DNA of 63,271 bases, the filler included, from Collodictyon triciliatum (Eukaryota), in assembly GCA_043381765.1 (NCBI GenBank). It is 32 parts of 32 records of this genome, joined end to end, with 100 filler letters (N's around TTAATTAATTAA, not from the genome) between each part and the next. Parts side by side here need not be neighbours in the genome. Positions count along the whole stretch, not along the records: positions 25,795 to 27,675 come from JBHJMP010009992.1; positions 27,776 to 29,655 come from JBHJMP010009993.1; positions 29,756 to 31,635 come from JBHJMP010009994.1; positions 31,736 to 33,614 come from JBHJMP010009995.1; positions 33,715 to 35,593 come from JBHJMP010009996.1; positions 35,694 to 37,592 come from JBHJMP010009997.1; positions 37,693 to 39,570 come from JBHJMP010009998.1; 25 more parts are not named here. One strand, given 5' to 3'. The notes beneath the pieces are model-generated. The model saw only the letters and a list, made by a program, of their open reading frames with translations. It was not told where the DNA came from and ran no database searches. The stretch's first letter is position 1. Every line of letters starts with the position of its first letter. The translations under genes and the position numbers were made by a program. Shown here piece after piece: positions 25,795 through 38,290 of this stretch.

Positions 25795-27675
25795 TTGTCG
25801 CAACATCGTACCAGAACTACGGCCATGTCTCCCTGGCTGGGAAAAAGTAGCACATTCATTCATTAAAGACAGTTTTAAATACACTTATAATTTGAGAAAT
25901 ATTAATATGATTGAATCACCAAGGTATGAAGAATCTGTTGAAAATTACGAAAAGGCGAAATCAATCCATGAAAAATCATTGGGAGCTAAGCATGCATCTG
26001 TTGCCTCGACAATCCAGTTTATTGCAAACGTTCATCTTGCCAGTGGAAAGTTTGGATTTCTAAATTATAGATATTTTCATAAAACAATAATAATTTTCTT
26101 ATGCTTTTCAATTTTTTGCAAAATGAGTTTGGCATCATATCTTTCATTTGTATGGACTCTATTTGGGGTTAAAATTATATACAATACAATTATTTTAACT
26201 AATAAATATCAAATAACTATCTTCTTATATAGGAAAACGGAGGCCTTATCCTCATTAAAGCAATCACTGGATATTTTCATGTCTGCCCTGGGTGAAAATC
26301 ATCCCAATGTTGTGGCCTGCTATGAGATGATTGGAGACATCAGCCACGATTTGAAGGAGTATCTCTTTTTATTAATTATTTTACATATTTAATTGAAAAG
26401 AATAATTTATTTACTCTTATTATCTTAGCTTTAAGGGTGCTCTGGAGGCGTATATAAAGACACTGGATATTCGCGTGAGAACACTGGGCGAAAGACATGC
26501 TGACTATGCGACTTCCCTGGAGAATGTTGGCCGAACAAATTTTGAGCTTAAAAGGTTAATTTCTCTATTTGTTAAAAAAATCGAATTTTTGATTAATAGC
26601 AGTAAAAAACAATAAATATTGAATAATCAATAATGTGCATGCATTTAGATTGGACCAAGTCGTTGAATACTTCCAAAAGGCAGCTGCTATCAGAAAGGAG
26701 ACAAGCACAATCATGTCACTGAAAGACACCCATCAGATTGACAACATTATCCGCCTCATGAAAGACAAGAAACAGCATGAATTAGTCATTCAGCTTTACA
26801 GAACGCTGATTCATTTATTCAGCAAGCTTTACTCCATGGATTATCTTGGAATATGGAACAGCTGTGAGGAAATCGACAAGATTTACAAGGAACCGAAGCA
26901 GCACAAGGAAGCAATGGCATTCTGGACTGAGATGAGAGACAGATTTGCTGATAAAGTCGGATGGACTCACCCCAGAACATTAAATTCATGCGAATACTTG
27001 TCCGTCCATTCAAAGGAAATTGGAAACAACAAAGAGCCTGTCGAGTTTACAAGAGTCAAGGAATTTATCAGTGAAACTCTTGATGATGCAAAACTGGATG
27101 AGGAATGGAATCGTGAGCAAATCGTTACATCATTATTCAGAATTGTCTATATGTCAAAGACTGATGAGAGCAAATCAAAGGCTGCATCTGATGCAATCAC
27201 ACTTTTGAATTTCATGAACGTTTCATTCGGTGGAATGGATTTATCAAACATCAAAATTCCACATGCAAATCTCAGTAATTCAATCCTTGATGGTGCAAAC
27301 CTCACTGGTGCCAACTTGGATGGTGTCGATTTCACGAATTCGATGCTTGGTGATTGTGTTTTTGATAATGCAAATATGAATGATGTGAAATTCGGAATTC
27401 CTCATGATAAACTAGAAGGACATACAAATTATGTCAATAGTGTTTGTAGTATTGAAGGACCGAATGGTGAAAACTGGTTGGCTTCTGGAAGTGAAGATAA
27501 AACTATACGTGTTTGGGATATAGCCACAGGAAACCAAATCAAAACATTGGAAGGACATACAAGGGATGTCAATAGTGTTTGCAGTGTTCAAGGACCGAAT
27601 GGTGAAAATTGGCTGGCTTCTGGAAGTGATGATAAAACAATTCGTGTTTGGGATGTAGCCACAGGAAACCAAATC
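25795..27675 (+). CDS. TPR - pentapeptide repeat - WD40 protein, partial at both ends
   Basis: 42-aa kinesin-light-chain-type TPRs on 126-nt phase-2 exons (25924-26049, 26233-26358, 26429-26554); DLSNIKIPHANLSNSILDGANLTGANLDGVDF pentapeptides; two 45-aa GH...WD repeats. Confidence 0.9.
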
Positions 27676-28019
27676 NNNNNNNNNNNNNNNNNNNNNNNNN
27701 NNNNNNNNNNNNNNNNNNNTTAATTAATTAANNNNNNNNNNNNNNNNNNNNNNNNNNNNNNNNNNNNNNNNNNNNCTCTTAAACAATTGATAAAAATTTT
27801 TTAATATTAGTATTTAATTTATTAATAAAATGTGTGGGGAATTAATTTATAATCTCATTTAACAAACAGCCCTTATCTTGACGAAGAAAAATGTGGTGGA
27901 GTACATCAAGTGGATTCCAGAATTCGATGTGAGTCTTTATTTATGTCACTTGTTGATACATATTGATGTAATGTTCGTAAAACTATGTCTATCCTAATTA
28001 AAAAACTGTTTTGATGATA

Positions 28020-29655
28020 GATGTTTGTGAATGGAGCGGTCAAATTGTGGTTGAGTCAACGCCACTGGATAACCTTGGGAGTGCGATGCGCTCCGAACTC
28101 GTTGTTCCTCCAAACATCGACCCAAATCTTCTGGATGACGATAATTGCCTCAGTGAATCTGTCGGTCATACAGTTCGCAGTGATGGAGTTTATGAGCTGT
28201 CCACCAATCTCAGAGGAGGAGGAAATGCTTCGTCACGAATGGCACGCTCCAATGCAAGTGCCCCATCGCGAACACCCAGCGCCCAACCCGATTCATCAGT
28301 CGACGTTCTCGAAGTTCTGTCCAAACTCAACGAGGCTTATCAATCAAATTCAGGAAACTCTAATCTTGGTCAAAACCTTTCAAATATTTCGCTGCAATTG
28401 ACTCAGGTGCTCGCGTCTCAGTTATTAATGAGCCCTACCAAGGAAGAGGATATCAAACTCATTGAACGACTTGTTGCGCTTCATATTTCTTTAGTTGAGA
28501 AACAAGCAGCCGTTCAGACTCAAAGCCAACGAGACCAAGCAGCCATCCAGACTCAGAGCCACCGAGAACAAGCAGCCATCCAGACTCAGAGCCAACGAGA
28601 ACAAGCAGCCATTCAGACTCAGAGCCAACGAGACCAAGCAGAAATTGCTGAGAAACAGGCAGCCATCCAGACTCAGAGCCAACGAGAACAAAATGAGTCA
28701 AAGCAAAGGTTGATTCAGAACCTTATCGACCAGGTCTCACGACTGCCAGCATCTGAGCAAACATCGCAAGTGATTGGTTCATTGGTGCGCGCTATTTCGC
28801 CACAAGGAGCATATTCGAGCTCTGGTCAAGCAAATACAGTCGTATTCTCACCTACGCTGCAATCTTATGATAACGTTGCTGTCAATACAAGTCAACAATC
28901 CATGGTTAATATTACTCCCACTATTCCATTGATTCCAACAAATCCTGTTGCAGTTCAACCAAATCCTCATGATATTTCACAAAACCCACCTCAGCAAGTA
29001 GAAACACCGGCAACACTGGCATCAAATCCGTATAAAGCAAAACAACCTACAACACAGCCCGGTAGCAGTGCGACAGAGACTCCACAAAGTGTAGGGAATA
29101 CAAATACCCAGGAAAATGCTGGACTCATTGACTCAACATATGTTTCAGGAGAAACTCATGCGAATGCATCCGAGCTTGCCAAATCGATATCGAAGCAACG
29201 AGACCAACAATCTGATAAATATAGCGTTGAAAAGATAAGAGCTCTTCGCATAATCAAGCTATTCATGAAGGAACAAACCGCTTGGGATGAGAGTTTGGAA
29301 GAACTCACTGCACTGGCTCCAGCAGGAGACAAACTCATTTCGGAGAAACTGATAACCGCTATTGGCACAATGATAGACAAAAAAATGGAAAAGCTGGACC
29401 GTTTGCTAGATGCTTTGAATATCGTTGTGGGGAACACACTGAAGGAAGATTTCGACCACACGCTGCTAGCTCAAGTCCTAGATATTCTCATAGACTGTGT
29501 CGGAACTCTCTTTGCTTCGGACGAGGCTTTATGTCAAAGGATATTGGACAGTCTGATTTCCATCTTGAATTCGCTTTATGTTTCGGGCGCATCAGGAATT
29601 CCTGAAGAAAAATACAAATCATACAAGGAAACATTTGGACAGAGCTGGATCGATA
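28020..29655 (+). CDS. Hypothetical protein, long exon with Q-rich 11-aa repeats and a helical C-terminal part, partial
   Basis: About 545 open codons; repeated QAAIQTQSQRE (33 nt) at ~28503-28690. Confidence 0.7.
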
Positions 29656-29755
29656 NNNNNNNNNNNNNNNNNNNNNNNNNNNNNNNNNNNNNNNNNNNNT
29701 TAATTAATTAANNNNNNNNNNNNNNNNNNNNNNNNNNNNNNNNNNNNNNNNNNNN

Positions 29756-29848
<93 letters not shown>

Positions 29849-29884
29849 AAGAAGAAGAACTAAAACGGCGCACAAATGTTTTGG

Positions 29885-31061
29885 CTACTGGGTATTACCG
29901 TGCATTGATTGCAAAAGCGTGACCTGAATATATGGGAATTGAGACATTATTCAAATGATAGAACTTAGTTATTAAAGAACATGTGAGCTAAATCAATTTA
30001 CAGGCCACTAACTGATTCATATAGATGAAGACTCCTTAGAGCATCTGCGAAGTTCATGGACATCTCCCTATAAGGCTTTTCTACATTGGTCCAGCAAGGA
30101 AGATTTGTTATTCCCCGAGGCGCTCTTTTGATTGTCATCCTTCCCTCCCACTCGATGAAAAAGGTCCGGAGATTGATGAGAGCTGTAATATGGAGCGGCA
30201 GATCTCCTATCTATTTGACAAAATTTAGGATACTTACCTCTATGGCAATTGAGTATAACTTACCGGGTTTTCACACACGTCTAGATAATTCAGCCTCGTT
30301 AGGCTGCATATTTCCATGGGGATACTTGAAATATTATTTCCAGCGAAACCAAGCCACAAAAGATTAGTCAAACATGATATTTCAGTAGGGATAGACGAAA
30401 GGTGATTCCTCCAAAGCTCAAGCACGGTGAGACCAGTTAGGAGCGATATTTCCGGGGGTAGCATCGACATATGGTTATGTTGAAGCCGAATATAGCGGAT
30501 ATTTGTCAAGTTTGATATATCTCGAGGAAGGAAGGACAAGAGGTTTAACGTGGTATCCAGTTTAGAAAGCTTCTGTAGCCGTGATATCTCAGGAGGTAGT
30601 GAAGAAATGGCGTTTTGATGAAAATGCAATACTGTCAAATTTGTCAATCGGGATATTTCTAAAGGCAAAGATGACAAATGGTTTCTGTTGACATGCAATT
30701 CTTGTATGCAATTACCCATTTCAAATATACCAAGTGGCATGTAAGAGATTGTGTTTCCACTTACATCAAGGGATGTAATTCTTGTTAGACGAGATAAATC
30801 TGGTGGAAGTGTTGATAATCTATTGGCGCTGAGATTAAGAACGATGAGGTTTGTCAACAGTGATATTTCCTGTGGAAGTGAAGTCAAGCCGTTGTTCCAT
30901 AGGTATAATTTCACCACATTAGTCAACAAGAAGATACCCAAAGGGACAGAGGATATATTCTTTGATCCGAGGTCGATATATGAGCGGCTTCTGAGGGTGG
31001 CGATGCCATCGTCCCCAGTGATAGAGCGTAGCTCTTCTAGCTGTGTGTGCGTACCAGACAT
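29885..31061 (-). CDS. Small LRR protein with a conserved C-terminal cap, 3 exons (paralogue B)
   Basis: MSGTHTQLEELRSITGD..., about 10 LRRs, then IGDLPLHITALINLRTFFIEWEGRMTIKRAPRGITNLPCW; same intron positions as paralogue A. Confidence 0.87.
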
Positions 31062-31479
31062 TCGATCCAAACTTCGGTCGGGTTGTTTTTGAGGGACTTC
31101 TAGGTATTTACGTCAGCCGAGTAAATTTAAGTGTGTTGATGCACTAAACGATGGCGATAATCTCTGATTGTAGCTAAATGACCAAGCACGAAAGAATTTA
31201 AATAGGCTTCCGATTGTGAATGAGTCACAACTATTCCCTGAATGTTAAAACGAGACGAAATGCAATATGTGAATGCACTTTCTCAAAGCATTATCTGAAT
31301 GGCCACCTCAAAGCACTACTTGAACGCTCCACCGATTTAGTGTCAAAAGATATTGATATTACTCATAACATGATTGGTATCGTTACAATTACAAGAGAAC
31401 AAAATGAATTGACGTGCCGGGTAGCGGCTGCAAATCTTGCTTTACTCCAAGATATCCATAAAAAAAACGGCATTCAGGG

Positions 31480-31635
31480 ATGCAATTGATGTGCGCACCC
31501 TCGACTAAATTACACAAACTCACTGCCTGGGTGGCTCTCATCGGAGACAGCAACCCTCTTGATATCGGGCTTGAAAACTTCGCACTTTTGAGAAGTCACG
31601 TCCTTGGAGCCCTTTGGGCAGGGCGTATCAGTCGA
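31480..31635 (+). mobile_element. Old LINE ORF2 C-terminal remnant
   Basis: LRSHVLGALWAGRISR aligns with TRGHMLWALWSVRAFSR (13.2 kb) and TRGHLLWTMWIARIYSR (43.4 kb). Confidence 0.55.
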
Positions 31636-34038
31636 NNNNNNNNNNNNNNNNNNNNNNNNNNNNNNNNNNNNNNNNNNNNTTAATTAATTAANNNNNNNNN
31701 NNNNNNNNNNNNNNNNNNNNNNNNNNNNNNNNNNNCTCTATTTTTTTCTCTCTATTTTTTTCTCTCTATTTTTTTCTCTCTATTTTTTTCTCTCTATTTT
31801 TTTCTCTCTATTTTTTTCTCTCTATTTTTTTCTCCCTATTTTTTTCTCTCTATTTTTTTCTCCCTATTTTTTTCTCTCTATTTTTTTTCTCTCTATTTTT
31901 TTCTCTCTATTTTTTTCTCTTTGTTGCTCTAGACCGCTCGTCTGGACGACCAGCCCGGGCGGCTCTTGCGGGCATAGCTGAGAAAAAAAATACAATCATT
32001 GAAGAGTTCTCTCGCGGTCTGACCCATGTTGATCTCTGTCGACGCGCTTTGTCTGGGCTGTTGGTTAGTTTCCTTCGTCGTGGTTGTGGTCGCTCAGTGG
32101 AATATTCATTGAAAATTATCTATTTACAGTCTAATTAAAAATTAGATGATTGGGGAAATTATCCTGAAGTGTGCTGAAAATTCGTATATTCATGGAACGA
32201 ACCGCGTGTTTTCGCAATACTTGGAGTTTGCAGAGGCTATACGTTCAACTCCTAGATTAAGAATCGGTAAGTATACTATATGAATAAAATTAGTAATATT
32301 GCTATGCATATAGTATTATTAAAATGAAAACATCCTTACATAATAGCATTTTTTTATAATTATTATAAATTCCAATATTATATANNNNNNNNNNNNNNNN
32401 NNNNNNNNNNNNNNNNNNNNNNNNNNNNNNNNNNNNNNNNNNNNNNNNNNNNNNNNNNNNNNNNNNNNNNNNNNNNNNNNNNNNNNNNNNNNNNNNNNNN
32501 NNNNNNNNNNNNNNNNNNNNNNNNNNNNNNNNNNNNNNNNNNNNNNNNNNNNNNNNNNNNNNNNNNNNNNNNNNNNNNNNNNNNNNNNNNNNNNNNNNNN
32601 NNNNNNNNNNNNNNNNNNNNNNNNNNNNNNNNNNNNNNNNNNNNNNNNNNNNNNNNNNNNNNNNNNNNNNNNNNNNNNNNNNNNNNNNNNNNNNNNNNNN
32701 NNNNNNNNNNNNNNNNNNNNNNNNNNNNNNNNNNNNNNNNNNNNNNNNNNNNNNNNNNNNNNNNNNNNNNNNNNNNNNNNNNNNNNNNNNNNNNNNNNNN
32801 NNNNNNNNNNNNNNNNNNNNNNNNNNNNNNNNNNNNNNNNNNNNNNNNNTCGATTCAAAGAAATATAGCTCCTCTTTATTCGATTCAATGACAAAAGGAA
32901 AATTAGATCTGTAATTTTATGTCATTATTTTTTTTATCTCTCTTTCGGTTAGTATGTCCTCATCGTCTTGGGCAAATTGAAAGGAAATTTAAAAGAAAAT
33001 CTCGGTAGGGATTCCCTGTTACTCTCAACACCCAACCAATAAAGCAGGGGTTTTTTTTATTTATAGTATTTATATTTTATAAACGGGAGCCTCTATAATA
33101 AATCACAAGAATAATGATTCATAATATTTACAGGGCCATCATCTTGAAATTCAATAAATTATTCAGAGTGCCAAACACATGGATCTCGATGACGCATTCT
33201 CTGCAGCACAACGCCGGTCCTCCATATCAGGAATGTTTGTGGATGGAAGCAAAAAAATACCAAAGCAAGGTGTTAGTACTAGTGCCCCAGCCCCGCGTAG
33301 GTTTAGTCGACCAGGTACTTTTTCCTTTTATCCTCAAAATAGTATGGATATTAAAAAGATTGGATCGATTCCAAGATAATTATACATCTTTCTAACATTC
33401 CAACTTTATGTATTTTTTGCAATGATCACCATTTCTATATTATATTGAACTCTCCGCGATTCTTTATACGAACATTTGCATATGGTGTATTTTTAACTCA
33501 TTTTCAAAAAACAAAGAAACAAAGAAACAAAGAAACAAAGAAACAAAGAAACAAAGAAACAAAGAAACAAAGAAACAAAGAAACAAAGAAACAAAGAAAC
33601 AAAGAAACAAAGAANNNNNNNNNNNNNNNNNNNNNNNNNNNNNNNNNNNNNNNNNNNNTTAATTAATTAANNNNNNNNNNNNNNNNNNNNNNNNNNNNNN
33701 NNNNNNNNNNNNNNAAAAAAGAAAAAAGAAAAAAGAAAAAAGAAAAAAGAAAAAAGAAAAAAGAAAAAAGAAAAAAGAAAAAAGAAAAAAGAAAAAAGAA
33801 AAGAAAAAAGAAAAGAAAAAAGAAAAGAAAAAAGAAAAGAAAAGAAAAGAGAGGCAGGTTACGATTCATGTCCAGCGGGCTTCTTTGTCTCGACCCAGGA
33901 ACCCTTTCACATAGCCCAGCCCCTCATCCCTCCCCCGAAGCCACCCCATATTAACCTGGCAGAATACACACACTAGCAACACGGCCTGTCGAATCAGCAC
34001 ATACAGACACCCCGGCCCACACACAAGCACAAGAACAC

Positions 34039-35338
34039 ATGGCTTTCCTTGTGGGTGTGCTTCTAGGACTCGGCCTTGGCGTCCTCGTCAGTCTCGTCTC
34101 TGTTCTTTGGCTCGTGATCCACCTCTTTGCCGAGACAAACATCCATCCGCTCCAACTTCTCGCTCGTTGGCTTCTGTCGCTTCTTGTACCAGGCCTCGTC
34201 CGCGCAAAGGACGACTCCAGTCACAGACCGGCTTCAAGGCCGGCCTTTGGCGCCGCTCAGCCAGACTCCTGGCCGGCTCCAAGTCCAGCAAAGTCCGCAG
34301 CGGCAGTTACATTTGGGCTCGGCTCTACCCGCGGGCCTTTTCTTACGCGAGGCCTTACCCAGTCGGGCCCGTTGCGCAGCGCAAGTCAACGTGGAGTTGG
34401 CCATTTGAGAAACTTGGCGTCGTTTGCTGTGGCAGCGCAAAGGATGAAGCGACTCCGAACCGATCCCGTCCGTCCGATGAGGCAGACTTTCCCCACCAGT
34501 GAGTGCGAGTGGATAAACATGCTTGTGGCGCATTATGTCCCCCAGGTTTTTGGCCCCTTGTTTCTGGACAAGTTGCAGGACATCATCAATGGCAAGATTG
34601 CGAGTGCTTCCATACCGAATGTTGTGGTGAGTTATTTTTATTTTTATTGGTATTATTTTCATGCACTTTGTTATTCTCTTAGTTAATATCAAGTTTTGAA
34701 ATGAATGTGGTATCATTCTTCTATGGTTACTTTTTCTTTTCGTCATCCATGCTACCTTACTTTCGATGATTTATATGCTTCGCTCAAGCATTCACGGTTG
34801 CATGCATTTAACTATTCTTTTTTTGTGGTTGATTATTTTTATGTGATTTGCGTACTTTTCATTTACTTTCGCTATCATAAGTATTATCACCATTTACATT
34901 ATTTCTATGCCCTTATTATTATCCTTATTATCGCTGTTATTTGCTTTATCCAAGTACCTTTTGTGTTTGTTTTCAGTTTAAAATATATGATTTTACAGAA
35001 GGACTTGGTAGTAGATAATTTGTCGATTGGGGAGTCCACACCGCGAATTGAGTCGATGGAATTTGTCTCAAGAGAAGGACGACATTCTTTTGTAAAAATA
35101 ACATTCAATAATGTGACAATATATGGTCCTCTTGGTACTTTCTTTTCAATTACAACAATCTGTTTATGAACTCAAATTAACGAATGGTATTGATGAGAAG
35201 ATGATCGATGTGGAGTTTTACTATGAGCATGGGATACAAGGGGGTGCCAGCGGCGAGATTGCCTTGGATCTTCCTGCAGGGTGCTTTATTGCCCTACCAT
35301 TTAATGCTTCAATCGGCATTGAGCTTATCCATGCCAAA
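34039..35338 (+). CDS. N-terminal TM plus SMP (TULIP) lipid-transfer domain protein, partial
   Basis: Hydrophobic N-terminus; ECEWINMLV...KLQDIIN...KDLVVDNLSIGESTPRIESM...IDVEFYY matches the SMP pattern of Mmm1/TEX2/PDZD8/E-Syt proteins. Confidence 0.8.
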
Positions 35339-35693
35339 GTATGCATAAATATCAAATATTTACGTTTTCTTCTATAGTTTATGTTATTCCCTCACTCGAT
35401 AAAATTTTCAATTATATTACTTGATATGGGTTCCTTCCGCCCCCGCTCCCTCTTTATCCTTTTTCCTTCCTCTATCCTCTATCCTCTATCCTCTATCCTC
35501 TATCCTCTATCCTCTATCCTCTATCCTCTATCCTCTATCCTCTATCCTCTATCCTCTATCCTCTATCCCTTCTACTCCTTCTTTTCCTTCTTTNNNNNNN
35601 NNNNNNNNNNNNNNNNNNNNNNNNNNNNNNNNNNNNNTTAATTAATTAANNNNNNNNNNNNNNNNNNNNNNNNNNNNNNNNNNNNNNNNNNNN

Positions 35694-35777
<84 letters not shown>

Positions 35778-35802
35778 TGTGTGGTATTTCTTAATGCCAA
35801 AG

Positions 35803-36901
35803 GAACTTTACGACACAGTGGTAGAAAAGCTTAATGACAAGTACAGCAACAAGGTCGTTTAGCTTTATCTAATCTGAATAAGAGAATGACTTTTTTATTA
35901 ATAAGGAGCTACTTAAATTCATTAAATACCATATAGATTCTTCCAAACGTTGGTTTATGTATCTCCATGTTTGATATTGTCGACTTTGGAGACCCAATCA
36001 TTTACCCATCACACGGGTACGCATACGTGAAAATTCATATGAGGTGAGCTGGGACTATTAATTCCCGACGGAAGGTGTTTTCATGTAGCGATGATATCAT
36101 ATTCTCTTCGAAGCTTATAATTTTGGATACTTTTTTTGTACGGTATATTGTGCAGGTGGGTTGTTTTCCGTCCTTTTGCAGGTGAGATTATGGTTGGAAG
36201 GGTCAAATCCTGCGAATTGAATGGTGTTAGAGGTGATTGAAGTCATTATAAATTACATATTATCCTTGTACAATTACTAACCCCTATCATATTTGGTTTT
36301 TGTTTGGTTTAGTATCTCTTGGATTTACAGAGGACGTTTTTATCCCCGCAGATGATTTAAAAAGCCCTTCTACCTTGTGAGATTTTGGAAATTAAAACAT
36401 CTGCCTATTATAATCTTTTTTTAAAAAAAAAAAAATCAATAACATTCAAGCGACGAAGAGGAGAAACTGTGGGTTTGGAACTTCCAGGGACATAAGCTGT
36501 TCATGGACCTTAATGAGCCTATTCGCATCCGAGTGGACCACGTCAAGTTTCAAAAACCACCAGCATCAACTAAGCCCTCTGCCAAACCCGATACAGCGAA
36601 CACTTCTGCACCAGGAACATCCAACACAAATACAAACGCAAACACAAAGGACGTGCGGCTGGATCAAAAGCTGGGCTTGCCTATGGAAGTGATTGTAAGT
36701 TGCAAAAGCTTGGTGATTCATCTTCCTCTTTCTCTTCTTTTTTTATTAATTTTTTTCCTGCTTCATCCTGAGAGCAAAAGTTTAGGATAATTACTTGATT
36801 TATCCATATGTATATCCCTTGATTTCGTCTCGGTGATACAACTATACTTTCAGGCCACTATCCGCGACGACGGTCTTGGAATGACCGCATGGTGGAACTA
36901 G
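35803..36901 (+). CDS. POLR3H: RNA polymerase III subunit RPC25/RPC8, 6 exons, 5' partial
   Basis: LNDKYSNKILPNVGLCISMFD...VVFRPFAGEIMVGRVKSC..GVRVSLGFTEDVFIP...FDEEEKLWVW...LFMDLNEPIRIRV...DDGLGMTAWWN*. Confidence 0.95.
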
Positions 36902-38230
36902 CCAAACATTCCGATACAATAAAAGCCAAAAGAACGGGGTTTGCGGAAAATATACATGTGGCAGTCCAGAAATAAGTTAATTTCATTTTCTATTTGATGA
37001 CACACCTTCCGATATATGCACTAGCCACATTCCCTCTTATCTACGCCAATGAGGAAAACTCCTAAACCCCTGCCATGAAATCGCTATCACTCATTCATCT
37101 CTTTGACCAACTTTTAAATGCTCTTTACAATTATAATGCTTCTTGGATTGAAAAGAATAAAGAAAAAGAAACGTCATATTATCACCACGCCCGCCTTTTT
37201 AGGAGGGTAAAAAGAATGATTACTCTGTGAAAAGACTTAACCGACTATAGAAAAAAAAATGTGCAAAGAGAAAAAGAGTTGCCGAGGGTGGATTGATTTT
37301 ACCTCTCAAATGGAACCATTATTTCGCGCACTGTTGGAAGGAAGAAAGAAAAGTACACAGGGTGAAAGTATCAATTCCTGTATCACACCTTTTTACACCA
37401 ACACAACACAACACCCAAAGAAACGGAAAAAAAAAAAATTTAAAAAAAAAAGACACATTCCCTTGGATCATTAATTATTTGTTTTATTATTTGTTTTATT
37501 ATTTGTTTTATTATTTGTTTTATTATTTGTTTTATTATTTGTTTTATTATTTGTTTTATTATTTGTTTTATTATTTGTTTTGTTTTATTATTNNNNNNNN
37601 NNNNNNNNNNNNNNNNNNNNNNNNNNNNNNNNNNNNTTAATTAATTAANNNNNNNNNNNNNNNNNNNNNNNNNNNNNNNNNNNNNNNNNNNNGTTTTTTT
37701 TGTTTTTTTTGTTTTTTTGTTTTTTGCTGTTGTTTTGCTGTTGTTTTGCTGTTGTTTTGCTGTTGTTTTGTTGCTGTTTTGTTGCTGTTTTGTTGCTGTT
37801 TTGTTGCTGTTTTGTTGCTGTTTTGTTGCTGTTTTGTTGCTGTTTTGTTGCTGTTTTGTTTCTTTGTTTGTCTCTTTGTTTCTTTGTTTGTCTCTTTGTT
37901 TCTTTGTTTGTCTCTTTGTTTCTTAAGTTAAAATATAAATTCGACTCTGCTTCCAAAGAAGGTCTTATCGCGGACAACGGAAGATGGAGACCACTCATAG
38001 AAAATATTGTTTTGGTTTTAATATAATTGTAAGAATTACATATCGCCAAGATAGTATAATGTTGAGTTTGAGTGTGCCACTTTCACGATATCCCCTCCTC
38101 TTGGTATAGATGTGACTATTTCCCAGCCATCTTTCTCTAGAAGGTCGAGGACACAATATTTTAGTATCATATGGTTTTTTCAGCTTTTCTCGGCGCATAA
38201 AAGGTCATATCTCGACTGTACCAGGATTTA

Positions 38231-38290
38231 ACAAAGCACCTGTTCTTTTTTTTTTCCTTTATTCGATTCAAAGTACAAAGCACCTGTTCT
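38231..38290 (-). mobile_element. 28-nt LINE 3'-end insertion (38247-38274) with a perfect 16-bp target-site duplication
   Basis: ACAAAGCACCTGTTCT at 38231-38246 and 38275-38290 flanks the reverse complement of ACTTTGAATCGAATAAAGG-A9, identical to the LINE terminus at 13632-13650. Confidence 0.92.
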
